Origin: Raillietiella orientalis | Lineage: Eukaryota | NCBI GenBank assembly: GCA_036172245.1 | Contig: JAYWIR010000007.1 | Location: forward strand, 1,984,001 to 2,048,000 | Reading direction: 5' to 3' | DNA: 64,000 bases | In this document: positions 48,218 through 59,094 of the stretch, one piece after another | How positions within the stretch are numbered: position 1 is the stretch's first letter | How the letters are laid out: the number at the start of each line of letters is the position of its first letter | The notes under the pieces: generated by a model | Databases searched by the model: none | Told to the model about the DNA's origin: nothing | What the model saw: the letters and a program-made list of their open reading frames with translations, nothing else | Translations under genes and position numbers: made by a program

Positions 48218-51200
48218 GTAAAAAAAACAAAAACAAAGCAACCCCACCCGTGGCCCCTAAGGCTTTCTCTCTGCGTCAAAAAGGGCACGGAATGAGGGCC
48301 CTGCGAACGCCCTTCTGGCTCCACCTTTCCTCGTCTCGGAATCCGGGAGGGGAGGATGCCAGCTCCAGGGGGATCCAGGACATCCTTCCCGCATCCCCTC
48401 CTTCCAGCGCCTCTCCCCTCGCGCCGCAAACGCGTGCGTTCCGGGACGCCCCCTCGGAGTACGGCGCTCCCGCGGATCGACCACTGCGGAGGTCCATCCC
48501 GTTGGGAGGTCGGCGCGGAGGAGGGAGCGGGGAGGCTGCAGGTAGCGCGATGGGGTCGTTCTAGACGGAGCGTGTGCCGAGGAAGAGGCCGCTTTGGGAA
48601 CGCCTGTCCGCTGACGACCCACCTCATCCGTCCTCGCGGCAACGCCGACCTACCCCCTTCACTCCTCTTTGCCCTGGCTTTGCCTGCAGTTCCTCCGCTT
48701 AGGCGAGGGAAGGAGTCAACCGGAAGGAAAGAAAAGGGGGGTGGGGGGAGGTGGAGGTCGGCCGAGCTCCGGGATGACGCCGCTCGGGTGCGCTTGCGGA
48801 TTCCCGTGCTTGCTCCAAACCGGGACGACGCTCCCACTGGCCTCGAATTGCGCCGGGAGCAGAGTGTCCCTCCTCCTTCCTTCCTTCCTCTTCCCCGTTC
48901 CTCCTCCTCCTCCCTTCCCTCCATTCTTCCTACTCCTCCTTTCTTTCTTTTCCTTCTGTCTCCCTTATCCCCTTCCTCCTCTCTACCTCCACCCCCCCTT
49001 CGTCTGCGCAACTTCCATCCTGAAAAGCAGAACGTGCGGAGGGGACAGCGCGAAGGGCCAAGGGACGGGGACTGCAAGCTGGCTATTCGAGGGGCGACCC
49101 TCGAACCGCAAGTTTCCTCCCGTTCCCGGAATGAACTATAAGATCTGCGACAGGGCATAGAGAGGTCCGTCAGCCCTCCCTGAAGGTCGCGCGATCTGTT
49201 GCCAGCATCAGTTTTTCTGTTATGATGTTGTCGTGACGTCATGTGTAACCAATCCCTTTCCCATCCCTCCTCCTCCCGCCTTCCTCTTCCTCCTTTTCTC
49301 CTCCCTTCCTCCTCCTTCCTTTGCGCGCCACGAGAACGGGGCGCTGCTGCCGGCTCCCCCCGTCTGCCGTCTCTGCGTGTGGCATGGCAACGCGGAAGAG
49401 GTTTCGGGTCGCCTCGCGCTCTCTGGGAGGGGCCTCCCCCTCCCCTCCTCTTACTGAAGAGGGAGAGGAGGAGCAAGGGGGGGGGTAAGGAGAGCGACGG
49501 ATGCAAACCAGGACATGTTCCTGCTTCCAGGTCCCTTCGTGAGCGCCCTGGCGAGCAGGTTCGACTTCCGGATCATATGCGCCGCCGGGTCTTTGGTCGC
49601 CTGCGCAAGCTTCGTGGTGTCCTCCTTCTCCCGGAACATCACGCTCCTGTACGTGTTCTTCGGCGTCCTTGGAGGCAAGTGCAGCACATCCGCTTCAAGG
49701 TGAGCTCCAGGCGAGCGGCAGACACCTTGCGCCCCTTCTCTCGTCCAGGGATCGGCTTCGGCATGATCTACGTCCCCTCCGTGGTGGCGTGCAGCTTCTA
49801 CTTCGAGAAGAAGAGGGCGCTGGCGACCGGGATAGCGGTTAGCGGCTCCGGGTTCGGGACGTTCATCTTCGCGCCCCTGACGACCAAGCTCATCGAGGTC
49901 TACTCATGGAGAGGAGCCATCCTGCTGCACGCCGGTGCGGGGAAAGGGCGGATGCGGAAGAAGGGGGGAGGAGAACCAAGAACGGCGGCGGTGAAGGGTG
50001 TGGACGTCCCCTTCCCATCCTTTCGAGGCGCTCACGGAGGAGGCGGCGGAGAGGAGGAGGAGGAGCTCCACTCCTCTCCCTTCAGTCCTTCCTGCCTGTC
50101 CTCCAAAGGTGAAGCCACGCGAACCCCTTTCCCCCCTCCCCTCTACCCTCACGCGAAATGGTCGCGTCTTTCCCGAGTCTGCCGAGGAAGGCTCCGCCTA
50201 CCGTTGGTGCCCTTCCTGATCTCCCTCCCGGAAAGGAGGTGGCTGCTGCTACCAGCGCCCTCCCTTCCTGACTATCCGGGAGGAGGAGGTGGCGGGGCAA
50301 GGGTCTCCTCCCCCCTCCTCCCAGTTGGAAGGGTTCGCTCTGCGCGCGTCCAGGGTCTCCTCCTCCCCCATCCAGAGGAACAGGCGGGTGGGGGGGGGGC
50401 AGGGCCGGTTCCCGATTCTTCCTTCTTCCCCTTCCAGGGTTCATCCTGCACTGTTGCGTGTTCGGCGCGTTGTTCCGACCGCCGCCGTCGGCGTCGCCGC
50501 CGCTGCTTCGGGCGGAGCTGCTCTCCGGGGGCAGCCCCTCGTCTTCGGTCGACGGCGGGTCTCCTTCGCCACCGGTGGACGGTGCACGGCGACGGAGCAG
50601 CAGCAGCGTCGTCGTCGCCGCGGAGACGGCGCGAGGGTTGGGCGATGCTGGAGCCTTGTGGAAGGTGGTCCCCAGGCGGCGCCTCCGCTACACCTCCGAG
50701 TGCTTCCCGGGCTCGTTCGACGGTCTGGATGCGAGGCCCTCCAAGGAGCAGGAGGGGAGCGCCCTGGTCACCGTGCGCGGGAGCCGCCGCGCCGCCCAGC
50801 GGAGGCTCAGCGAACCTCCCTGGTGCCAGGGCCTGCCGCCGCCGCCTCCATCCCGACTGTCGAGACACCTGCCCACCGTCAAGGAAGAGTCCGAGACACT
50901 GGTCAATGGGAAGGACGCCGCCTCCGCCCCGGGAGTCGGCGGCCACCCCGTGCCAGAGAGGGCGTGTTGGTCTGGAGCCAGGAATCGCTCGTTCTGTACC
51001 GACAGGAGAACCTTCTCGCACGCCAACAGTCTCATGGAGAGGGACGACGTCTTCTACAGCGGCAGCCTCCTCCGTCTGTCGGACCTGGGCTCCAGCGTGA
51101 GTCGCCCCGCCCTCCTTGTTTCCTCCCCTCACGCCCCCTCGTGGCCTCGGTAGCTCAATGTGGACGCCACCGTCTCGCCCTGCACCTCCCTGCTGCACCT

Positions 51201-54200
51201 CCCCGCGGCAACGGCGGCGGCGCCTCCGCTACCGCCTGTGAGGAGCAGCGACGCCGCCGACGGGGCTCAGCCCTGCCTCCGCTGGTGCGAGATGGGCGAG
51301 GTCATCGCCAGGATGCTGGACGTCAGTCTGTTCCGGTCCCCGACCTTCCTCCTCCTCTGCCTGTCCGGGATGAGCATGATGATGGGCGTCTTCGTCCCGT
51401 TCATATTTCTGACGGGTGAGAGACCTCTCCCGCCCCGTCCCGTCTCCGTGTCTACCCCGCAGGCCTGCAGATCGCCTCCTGACGGCGGGCTACGACAAAG
51501 AGGCGGCCGCCTCGGTGCTGTCCGCAGTGGGCGTCACCAACACCGTGGGCCGGCTGGTGTGCGGCTGGATCTCCGACAGGCCCTGGTCCAACGTGCTGCT
51601 CGTCAACAACACGGCTCTGGCCCTGGCGGGCGTGATGACCGTCGCGTGCCCCCACCTGCACGACTTCTACGCCCTCATCCTGTACGCCGTGGTCTTCGGC
51701 TTCGGCCTAGGTAAGGACGTACGACGGCCCCCAGGGGAAAGGAGCAGGGATCGCCTCCATAGTCCCCCTCCTCCCTCCTTCTCCTTCCGCAGCGTGCTTC
51801 GCCTCTCTGAGGTCCATCATCATCGTGGAATTCCTGGGGCTGGAGAAGCTGACCAACGCCTTCGGCCTCACCTTGCTGTTCCAAGGGATCGCCGCCTGCG
51901 TGGGGTCGCCCGTTGCAGGTACGGGGACACAACCCTCTTCTTCTCCACCACCCACCTGACCTGAAGGACACCCCCTGCCTTCTCTCCTTCTCCCACTCCC
52001 GGCAGCCGCCCGGGGTGGCTCACGGGGGCGGGAGGAGGCGATGCGTGTGAAAGAGAAGGGGGGGAAGAGAGAGGGAGAAGGAGTACGATCCGCTCGCTTC
52101 CGGCCGCCTGTCCTGGAAGACGCAATCATGCCCACCCTCCGAGTGTGGCACTGCTGCTCTCTCAGCCTCCCGGGAGCGCGCTCGGGAAGAAGTCGAGCGG
52201 AAGTTCGAAAGAAGGGCACGGAAGCGACGGTCCTCCCTCCCCTCGGTGGTTCCGGTTCGCCCTCGGGAACCGATCGTCCCTCTCCCTCCCTCCTCTTGCT
52301 CCCCACATCACCACCCAGCGGCTCGCTGAGGTGGAGCGACGCCAGAGCCAGCACCGGCAGCGGCGAACACTAGCGGGGAGCAAGCATGCGGGTCTTTCCA
52401 GCAGCAACCCACCGCTGCTGGACGAGCAAGTCAAAGGTCGTAGGGTTGCTGCTGTTCCTGCCGCCGCCGGAGGCAGCAAGAGGTCATGGACGACGCGACG
52501 CCAATGGCCCTTACGTCCCTCCCTCCTTCCTATCATCGTCTTCCTGCAGCAGGAAACTCCTTCCGCTAAGCGCTTCTTCCTGGTGGTGGCGGCAGAGGCG
52601 GCGGGAGGGGAGGGCGTTGCGGGCAGCTCATGAGGGAAAGGTTGGGGAACCCAAGGAGGCCACTGCCTTTTCTCTGGCTTTGAGGCCATGGTAGGCGAGA
52701 GGGGGGTGGAGGCGAACCAAATACCCCATCTCGGAGCGACCCCCTGTTCCTCCTTCTCCTCACTCTCCGGTGGCAGACATGGGAGTGTCCGAGGGAGGGA
52801 GTGGTGAGGGAGGAACGCGTGCGGTTCGGCGGCCTCCGTTCCGTCGTCTCCACCCCCTCCCTTTCCTCCTTCCTTCGTCCCCTCCTTCGCGCGCGTTGGC
52901 GTCGGCTTTGGCTCCTGCTGCAGAGCACTGCGCTCCGAGGAACCCTCCGCTCCCTCCTTTTCCCGAGCCTCGGTGCCGGGACCACCGTGGGATCGCTCTG
53001 CGCAGCGGAGGCGGAGTGGACGAAGCGAGGTCGGGGTGGGGTGTTCCGAAGGGAGGCAGGAAGGAGAGCACCCCTCCCCGCACTGCCGCGGGCGTCCCAC
53101 GTGGCTCCTTCCCAGCTCCGGTGGAGGTGCGTGTCTGTCCGAGATGAGTCGGGCACACCCGACTTGGACGCACCGCGCGCGGACACTCCGTCCGTCCTTG
53201 CGTTCTTCCCCACCTGAGGTCGGGCGCCGTGATAGATAAGGGAGAAGGAGGCGGCACCGGTTGTTATCGGCGCCGCCACCGCTGCGCGCGGAAGATCGAT
53301 ATCGCGAGATCCCCCGGAGATTTCTGCGGCTGCTCTTGGATTCAAAGTTCGTCTTGGAGGAGGTGGGGCCGAGGAGGAGGAGGAAGGGAGAGTCCTGGAG
53401 GGAGGGGGGAACGCAATGGCAGCGGCGGTGGAAGAGCGCGCGCCTGCTGCTGCTGCTGCCGCTGCTACCGTCGCCGCCCTTCGCGTCGCCGTCCCCTGAG
53501 CACGCCGGGAGAGACCCCCGTGCAGATAAAGCAAAAGATAAGGGAAGGAGGGGCGCCCGCAGCGTGATCTTCCAGGTGCAGCGGCGGCTTCCTTCCTTCC
53601 TGCTGAGAGCTTCCTCGGCCGATGAGCGCGGTCGATCCCTCGTGACGTCACCGCTGCCGCCGCCGCTCGGTTCCTTCTCTCGAAACCTCTCCCCATCGAG
53701 AGCGAGGGGCGGGATCCTGCAGGAATCTTCTCCGGGAAGCGGGAGACCTTTCCTGCTCCTTCGCTCCGCTCCGTTGCAGGGAGAAGGGCGAGGGTTCCAC
53801 CTCCCACCCCCACCCCACCCGTCTCCCTTCCGCACGCGCCCGTTCTCCCGCGGCAGTCCGCCGGGGGAGGTGACGTGCGACCCTGGAAGTTCCCGGAGCG
53901 CATCCCGCTGCACTTCGATGCCAGCCAAAAGACCAGGAACGGCTGCTTCCCTCCCTTCCCCCGCCCGGCTAGCGGGAGTACTGCCAAGAAGGCGACACCG
54001 GTGGACGCGCCTTCTGGCAGTGCCGTCGGAAAGCGACGGAGGGTCGGCCGGCCGGAGGGGTGGATCCTCCCCATGTTCCTCCCGTCCCCGGCACGGTGGC
54101 TGCTTGCGCGCACGCAGGTACGAGAGAGAGGATGCCTTGCAGCGGCCCGATATGGAACTCCCGCGCAATCCGCCGCCGCGGGACGTTCCCGTCTCGTGCG

Positions 54201-54783
54201 AGGGAGTCGACGCCGCTTGCAGCAGCGACGGAGGCCCTCGGCGGTTGCACCGTGGCTGCGTCCCGCCGCCACGGTCGCATAGGCTGCGCGTCGTCTTCGT
54301 CGCCTCCTCCTCCCCCACCACCACGCCTCGTCTCCCTGGTGCGGCCGCTACCCCGTGCACCGGTGGCGACTCTTCTTCGAGAGGGACTCGGGGGGCGCTA
54401 TGCAAACTGTGGAGAAGGGGCGAAACTGCGAGAAGACGCGCGTGGACTCGAACCGAAAAAGAAGAGCAGCGGCAGTAGCAGAACCGCAGCGCGTTTACCC
54501 TCTCGTGCCCGGGTCTGAGGGAGGGAAGGGCGAAGGCATGCAGACACGCCGTCTCCTCCTCCTCCCCCTCTCCCTTCTCATTCCAGGTTACTTCTACGAC
54601 CTGACCAAAAGCTACAACACGACCTTCTACATCGCCGGAGTGCTCATCACGCTCTCCAGCGTGCTCACGTGCCCCCTCAACTACGTCAGCAGGCGGGAAA
54701 AGCGTGGGCGCCGAGGGAGCGGCAGCCTGTGCGCCAGGGCGATCCCGGCGGACTGGGAAGAAACTTCCGTTTCCTGCCTGTAA
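47935..54783 (+). CDS. SLC16 monocarboxylate transporter family protein (MCT-B, tandem paralogue), 698 aa, spliced
   Basis: Exons 47935-48217, 49531-49674, 49749-49934, 50438-51096, 51154-51415, 51471-51710, 51793-51918 and 54587-54783 total 2097 nt in frame. Motifs APDGGWGWVVVMASF, FYFEKKRALATGIAVSGSG, RDDVFYSGS, GVTNTVGR, FLGLEKLTNAFG. Intron 2 uses a GC donor. A possible acceptor at 47925-47926 means an upstream exon could extend the N-terminus. Confidence 0.92.
49531..49674 (+). CDS. MCT-B exon 2
   Basis: GPFVSALASRFDFR...FFGVLG; ends at AG|GCAAGT (GC donor). Confidence 0.88.
49749..49934 (+). CDS. MCT-B exon 3
   Basis: GIGFGMIYVPSVVACSFYFEKKRALATG...AILLHA. Confidence 0.93.
50438..51096 (+). 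CDS. MCT-B exon 4 (cytoplasmic loop)
   Basis: GFILHCCVFGALFRP...MERDDVFYSGSLLRLSDLGSS; donor GTGAGT. Confidence 0.88.
51154..51415 (+). CDS. MCT-B exon 5
   Basis: LNVDATV...MLDVSLFRSPTFLLLCLSG...VFVPFIFLT; TAG acceptor, GTGAGA donor. Confidence 0.88.
51471..51710 (+). CDS. MCT-B exon 6
   Basis: DRLLTAGYDKEAAASVLSAVGVTNTVGRLVCGWISD...FGFGL; donor GTAAGG. Confidence 0.9.
51793..51918 (+). CDS. MCT-B exon 7
   Basis: [43 protein letters not shown]. Confidence 0.93.
52000..54400 (-). mobile_element. Decayed L1/Tx1-like RT in MCT-B intron 7
   Basis: ORF 52162-54975 carries, in order, EVQRDALRELPGSHVTSPGGLP, CTWKITL, KTNFESK and RQCGEGCSPSCL. Confidence 0.5.
54587..54783 (+). CDS. MCT-B exon 8
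   Basis: GYFYDLTKSYNTTFYIAGVLITLS...ETSVSCL*; long pyrimidine tract and CAG acceptor. Confidence 0.9.
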
Positions 54784-57700
54784 AGGGAGGGAAAGAAAGA
54801 AAGAAAGGAGGAAAAGAAAAGCCTTTGAATTCCGGGTCTGTGGAGAGATCCCCTTCCATTGCCTTCCCGGTAAGCTTGCTGGAAGAGTGGACACGTGGTG
54901 TGTCGCCCTCCCGTCTGTCCTTGTCGCCTCCCACCAACTACCCCAACCAACCCTTCCTACCGGGTTTCCTTCCACCCGGAGGAGAGGCGACGGGAAAGAC
55001 GGCAGCGGACAACCAGTTCTGGCCCCGCGGATCGCAGGACTCTCTCAAACCCTCTCGTCCCTGCTGCAGAGGAAGAGGAGGAGGAGGGAGGGCGTATCCC
55101 CCCTGCCGGCCTATAGTCAGTTGCAACTCCCCGGCTCTATCTCTCTCTCTTCCCGTATCCATCCCAAAGAGCAGCGTCACTGCTGCTGTATCGCAGTTCT
55201 CCTCCGACTTCCCTCCCTCCTTCCTCCCTCTTCCAGGAAGCCTCCGACGCGTCCCCCACTTCCCCCGGGCACTGCGAATCTCTCGCGAGCCTCTGCTGCT
55301 GCTTCTGCTGCCCTGCAGAGGAAAAGCCATCGCGGGCGTGCACGTAGGCGACAAGAGCGAGGGCAGATCTCCCCGTCCGGGTATCCTTAGAGGGAGGAGC
55401 AGAGCGTGCGGGAGAGGATTCTGACTATCAGACCCGTCCTCTTCCCCCCCTCTCTCTCTCGCACTCGCGCAGCCTCCGTCGGGATGATAAATCAGCTCCT
55501 TCTGTAATCGGCACTGCACGGTGGCGCGCACCGCGGAGAGGTAGAGGAGGCAACTGGCGGGTGCGATGGGAGCAGCCTCTGGCCTTTTTCGCGGAAAAGA
55601 GCGCACGCGCGCGCAGAACCCCTCCCTCCCCCTTTCTCTCTGTCTCTTTCTCTCCTCCCGCCCCACCCTCCATAGGCTCCGCACGTCTTTGCGCGCGCGT
55701 GACTCGGCGAGAGCGTGCAGCAGCAACCCGTACGCTGGACGTGCCTCCTGATCGGGAGTCTCTGCAAGGAAAGGGAAAGGAGGGAGAGAGAGAGAGAGAA
55801 GGGAGAAGTCGCGCGCGCGCGTGCGAGAGAGAGAGGGAGGTGGAAGAAGAATACTTCCGAAACGGTACGACGAAGAGGAGGAGGAAGGCGGGGGGGGGGA
55901 AGAGGGTGAAATGCATGATGACGCCGCACGACGAAGACGAGGGAAAAGGGAAGAGAGACTGGAGGATCGCCGTCTGCTGCGCAGAGAGAAGGGTCGATGG
56001 AAGCTGACCCGAGGCCGATCGATACCGGAAGCCAGAGAACAGAGCTCGCGCGGAGACGAGAGGAAGGCTACGCGGGGGCGGGTTCGCTCCTCCCTACCGG
56101 GGCGAAAACGAAGCGCTCGCAGGTCGCCGCCGCTCCCCTTCCCCTTCCTTCCTCTTTCCTGGGGGAACTTCGGGAAGGGAGAACACGAAAGCGTTCCTTG
56201 CGTGAGAGGAGGGTGGAGGGAAGAAGGCAAACTCGCCCCATCCCTCGGACCGACAGCGAGACGGCCCAAATGTCCCCGGCTGAGTGAACGGGCATGCGAA
56301 ACAGCCCGGTGGCGAAACGAGCAGGGCGCTCTCGAGGGAGGATCCCCGACATCCTGGAAGACGCTCGTCTCCGGGTGTCTTGTCTGGGATGGGCAGGGAG
56401 GGGCGACACGCTCGCTGGCCTTGTTGCGGCTCCCAGCTTTCTCTCACGTGAACGGAAAGGAGCGCCAGGGCGCGGGTGGATGGGAGAGGGGAGGGAAGGA
56501 GGGGGTCAAAACGCAAGGAAAGGCCAGAGGAGACGCGTCCTCCCCCTCACGTTTCCGCGCGACCGCCGCACGCGATCGGAGAAGATGCGGAGAAAGGAGA
56601 AAATGCCGCACGGACGCGGCGGCTGCGTCTCTAGTTTCCGCCCCGGGATCGGTCGGGATAAAGAACAGGCTCAAAGGCAGGAGGCGGCGGCGGCGAACGG
56701 GACCACACGGATTGGACGAGGCAGGCAGTCCGTGAAATTCGCTCCCTGCAGCGATCATCCTGGGAAGCTTCGCGAAGGAGAGGACCCGGAAGATGGTAAT
56801 TCGATCGCGATAAGGAGGCGCGCGCGCACGGTCCGCCAGGCGAAGCCGCCGAGCGGAGCGGAAGACCCCGCGGTTGCCCCAAGAAGATGCCGCGAGGAAT
56901 GCAGGAAGCAAAGGGTGAGGCCTCGCATCTGGAGACGGCTGCGGAGCAGTCCGGGGCGGTGTGGTTTCCTTTTGTCTGAGCAGAGCAGACTTTCGCCCGC
57001 GGCAGTCAGTTGCAACTTGGCGCGCGCAGAGACGTGGACGATTTTGGGGGGACTGCGTCCTTGGAATGAGCCTCGGACAATGTCGACGCATGCGCCCCTT
57101 CTCCTGACCACTTTGAGATCCTCGGCAGGGTAGGATAACCGGGAAACCTGTGGAGCGGAAAGGAAGGAAAGAGGGGACGTGGTCTCCCCCATCGTGGTCT
57201 CCTCCAGGTACGACAAACGGGTAACGAACGTGCCTTTGTTGCAGCGTCGTTGCTTTACTGATACTCCCGGCTGCATTAACCAAAACTACACAACAGTACT
57301 GAAAATAAATCACGTTTTTGGCTGGGTCTTTGTGCTTTGGTGGTCTCGTCTCTTCACCTCCGCATCGATCCCCCCCCCACCCCGTGCGTTCCGTGTCCCT
57401 AGCACACTCGTCAGAGAGGTACACGGCGGCGTCGAAACAGTCCGAAGTCTGCCGCCAGCGTGATATTCCAGAAACTTGTGTGTGTGGCCCGCGCCCGTTC
57501 GGTGTCCTCCGTCGCCATGCGCCATCCTCCCTCTCTCCCCCTCTCATTCCTTTTTTTTCCTCCTTCGCGGATGCCATTTGCTCACCACCATTCGGCGCTT
57601 CGGATTGCGACTCGTCCCCAGCAGTTCTCCTTGCTTGGTCCGCTCAAAAAAGTTCAAAAGCACCGAATGCAGTTTACTTTTCCTTCCTGTCCTTGTTTAT

Positions 57701-58284
57701 CCCAACCACCGTTCTCTTCGAGATGCAGCAGACTTGAGCCGCGCGAAATCGCAGCAGCAGTGATGGTGAAACAAACACGCGCGACATCGCAGGACCACAC
57801 TTGCATACACGGATCAATCAAAGTGCCCCTAACAAGCCGTGACGGGTGAACTCTGTTGCTGCTGGCAACGGAAAACAAATGCCCCCCCCCCCTCACCCCC
57901 ACAAAGGAAAAAGATCTCAGCAATCACGTGCCAAAGAATTATTTGCCGTACCAAAAAGAAAACTTGGCAAGCGATTCGAATGAATAGGTACGGAATAGTA
58001 GGGCCGTGTTTGTCTGGCGAGCTAAGCTTTCCCAATCGGCATATTTTCGTGGACCCGTAATGGATTGCTTTCGACATGATCACGAGAAAGCGAAACGCTT
58101 TCCGGAACGGTGGTCAAAGTATGTGGGGGGAATCACTCATTAGAAAGAAACGAGGAAAACGAATCGTTTCTAAAACCAATGATTTATTTAAATGTTTCGA
58201 TCTTCATGCCATTTTTCTCCTCCTCCGTACAGTTCATGATATTGGACGACATGGACCAGATTTTGGAATACAATTTGGACACAG

Positions 58285-58300
58285 ACATACACATACATAC

Positions 58301-58348
<48 letters not shown>
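58285..58348 (+). repeat. (CATA)n(TA)n compound microsatellite
   Basis: Read directly from the sequence; lies downstream of the B56 stop codon. Confidence 0.9.
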
Positions 58349-58973
58349 GTTTGCCATGTAACATGTTCGCTATTGCAAGATTGCTTACACACAAAAATAA
58401 AATTGTCAAAAACAGTAGTTTATTACTGGATGGAATAATAATGATAATCAAAAAAACCTCGCATACAAACTCGATCAGAATTCACATGATGAAGTCTGTT
58501 GATTAACAAGCGTTTGTGCAAACCTCTTTATCGTCATATCTTTTCCCTCCCATCAATATGCATCAGATTTACCATTTAGTGCAAGTTTATACCTCAGCCT
58601 CTACTCTTCTAAATATAAATGCGCATAATAAACGGATGGCATACAAAAACAAAAAAAAAATTCCTCAGTACAAGATCCTTTGCACGTATTTCGTTCTCTG
58701 CAGGGGAAAAGGGGGGGGGGAAGGGTATACAAAAGAAGAAGGAAAAAAAAAAAACTCCTCATACTTGGGTGGAACACAAGCGCACACGCAAAATCATGCG
58801 GTATTTAAATGCTTTATTGGCGACCCTGTACATAAATGCGTAGTTGCCCCTCCCTATAGCTTTTGCACGCGATTTGCGCATTCTATTCGGCAACATTAAT
58901 TCAAAACTACTGCAGCATACGGATCACCAGGGCAATGTCGTTTAATCAGTCTTTCACATGTTGCGTTAATGGG

Positions 58974-59094
58974 TCACTGCTTGGTAGGCGAAGCGAGGGA
59001 GCCTGATTTTGTTTCCTGCTTGTCTTGTTGAGACAATGCAAGATCGGATAATCTCTTCCATAAATCTTCGCGTTCCTTTTCACGTTTTTTTTCC
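58974..59094 (-). CDS. wdb: B56 exon 9
   Basis: [40 protein letters not shown]. Confidence 0.9.

Noticed and set aside
1361..57900. Hundreds of long overlapping ORFs (e.g. 2456-4072, 7443-8939, 47752-49506, 49241-51100)
   Set aside because: Arg/Pro/Gly/Ser-rich, open on several frames and both strands, and running through microsatellites, as expected from stop-codon scarcity at high GC. Only the exon parts listed as features are supported.
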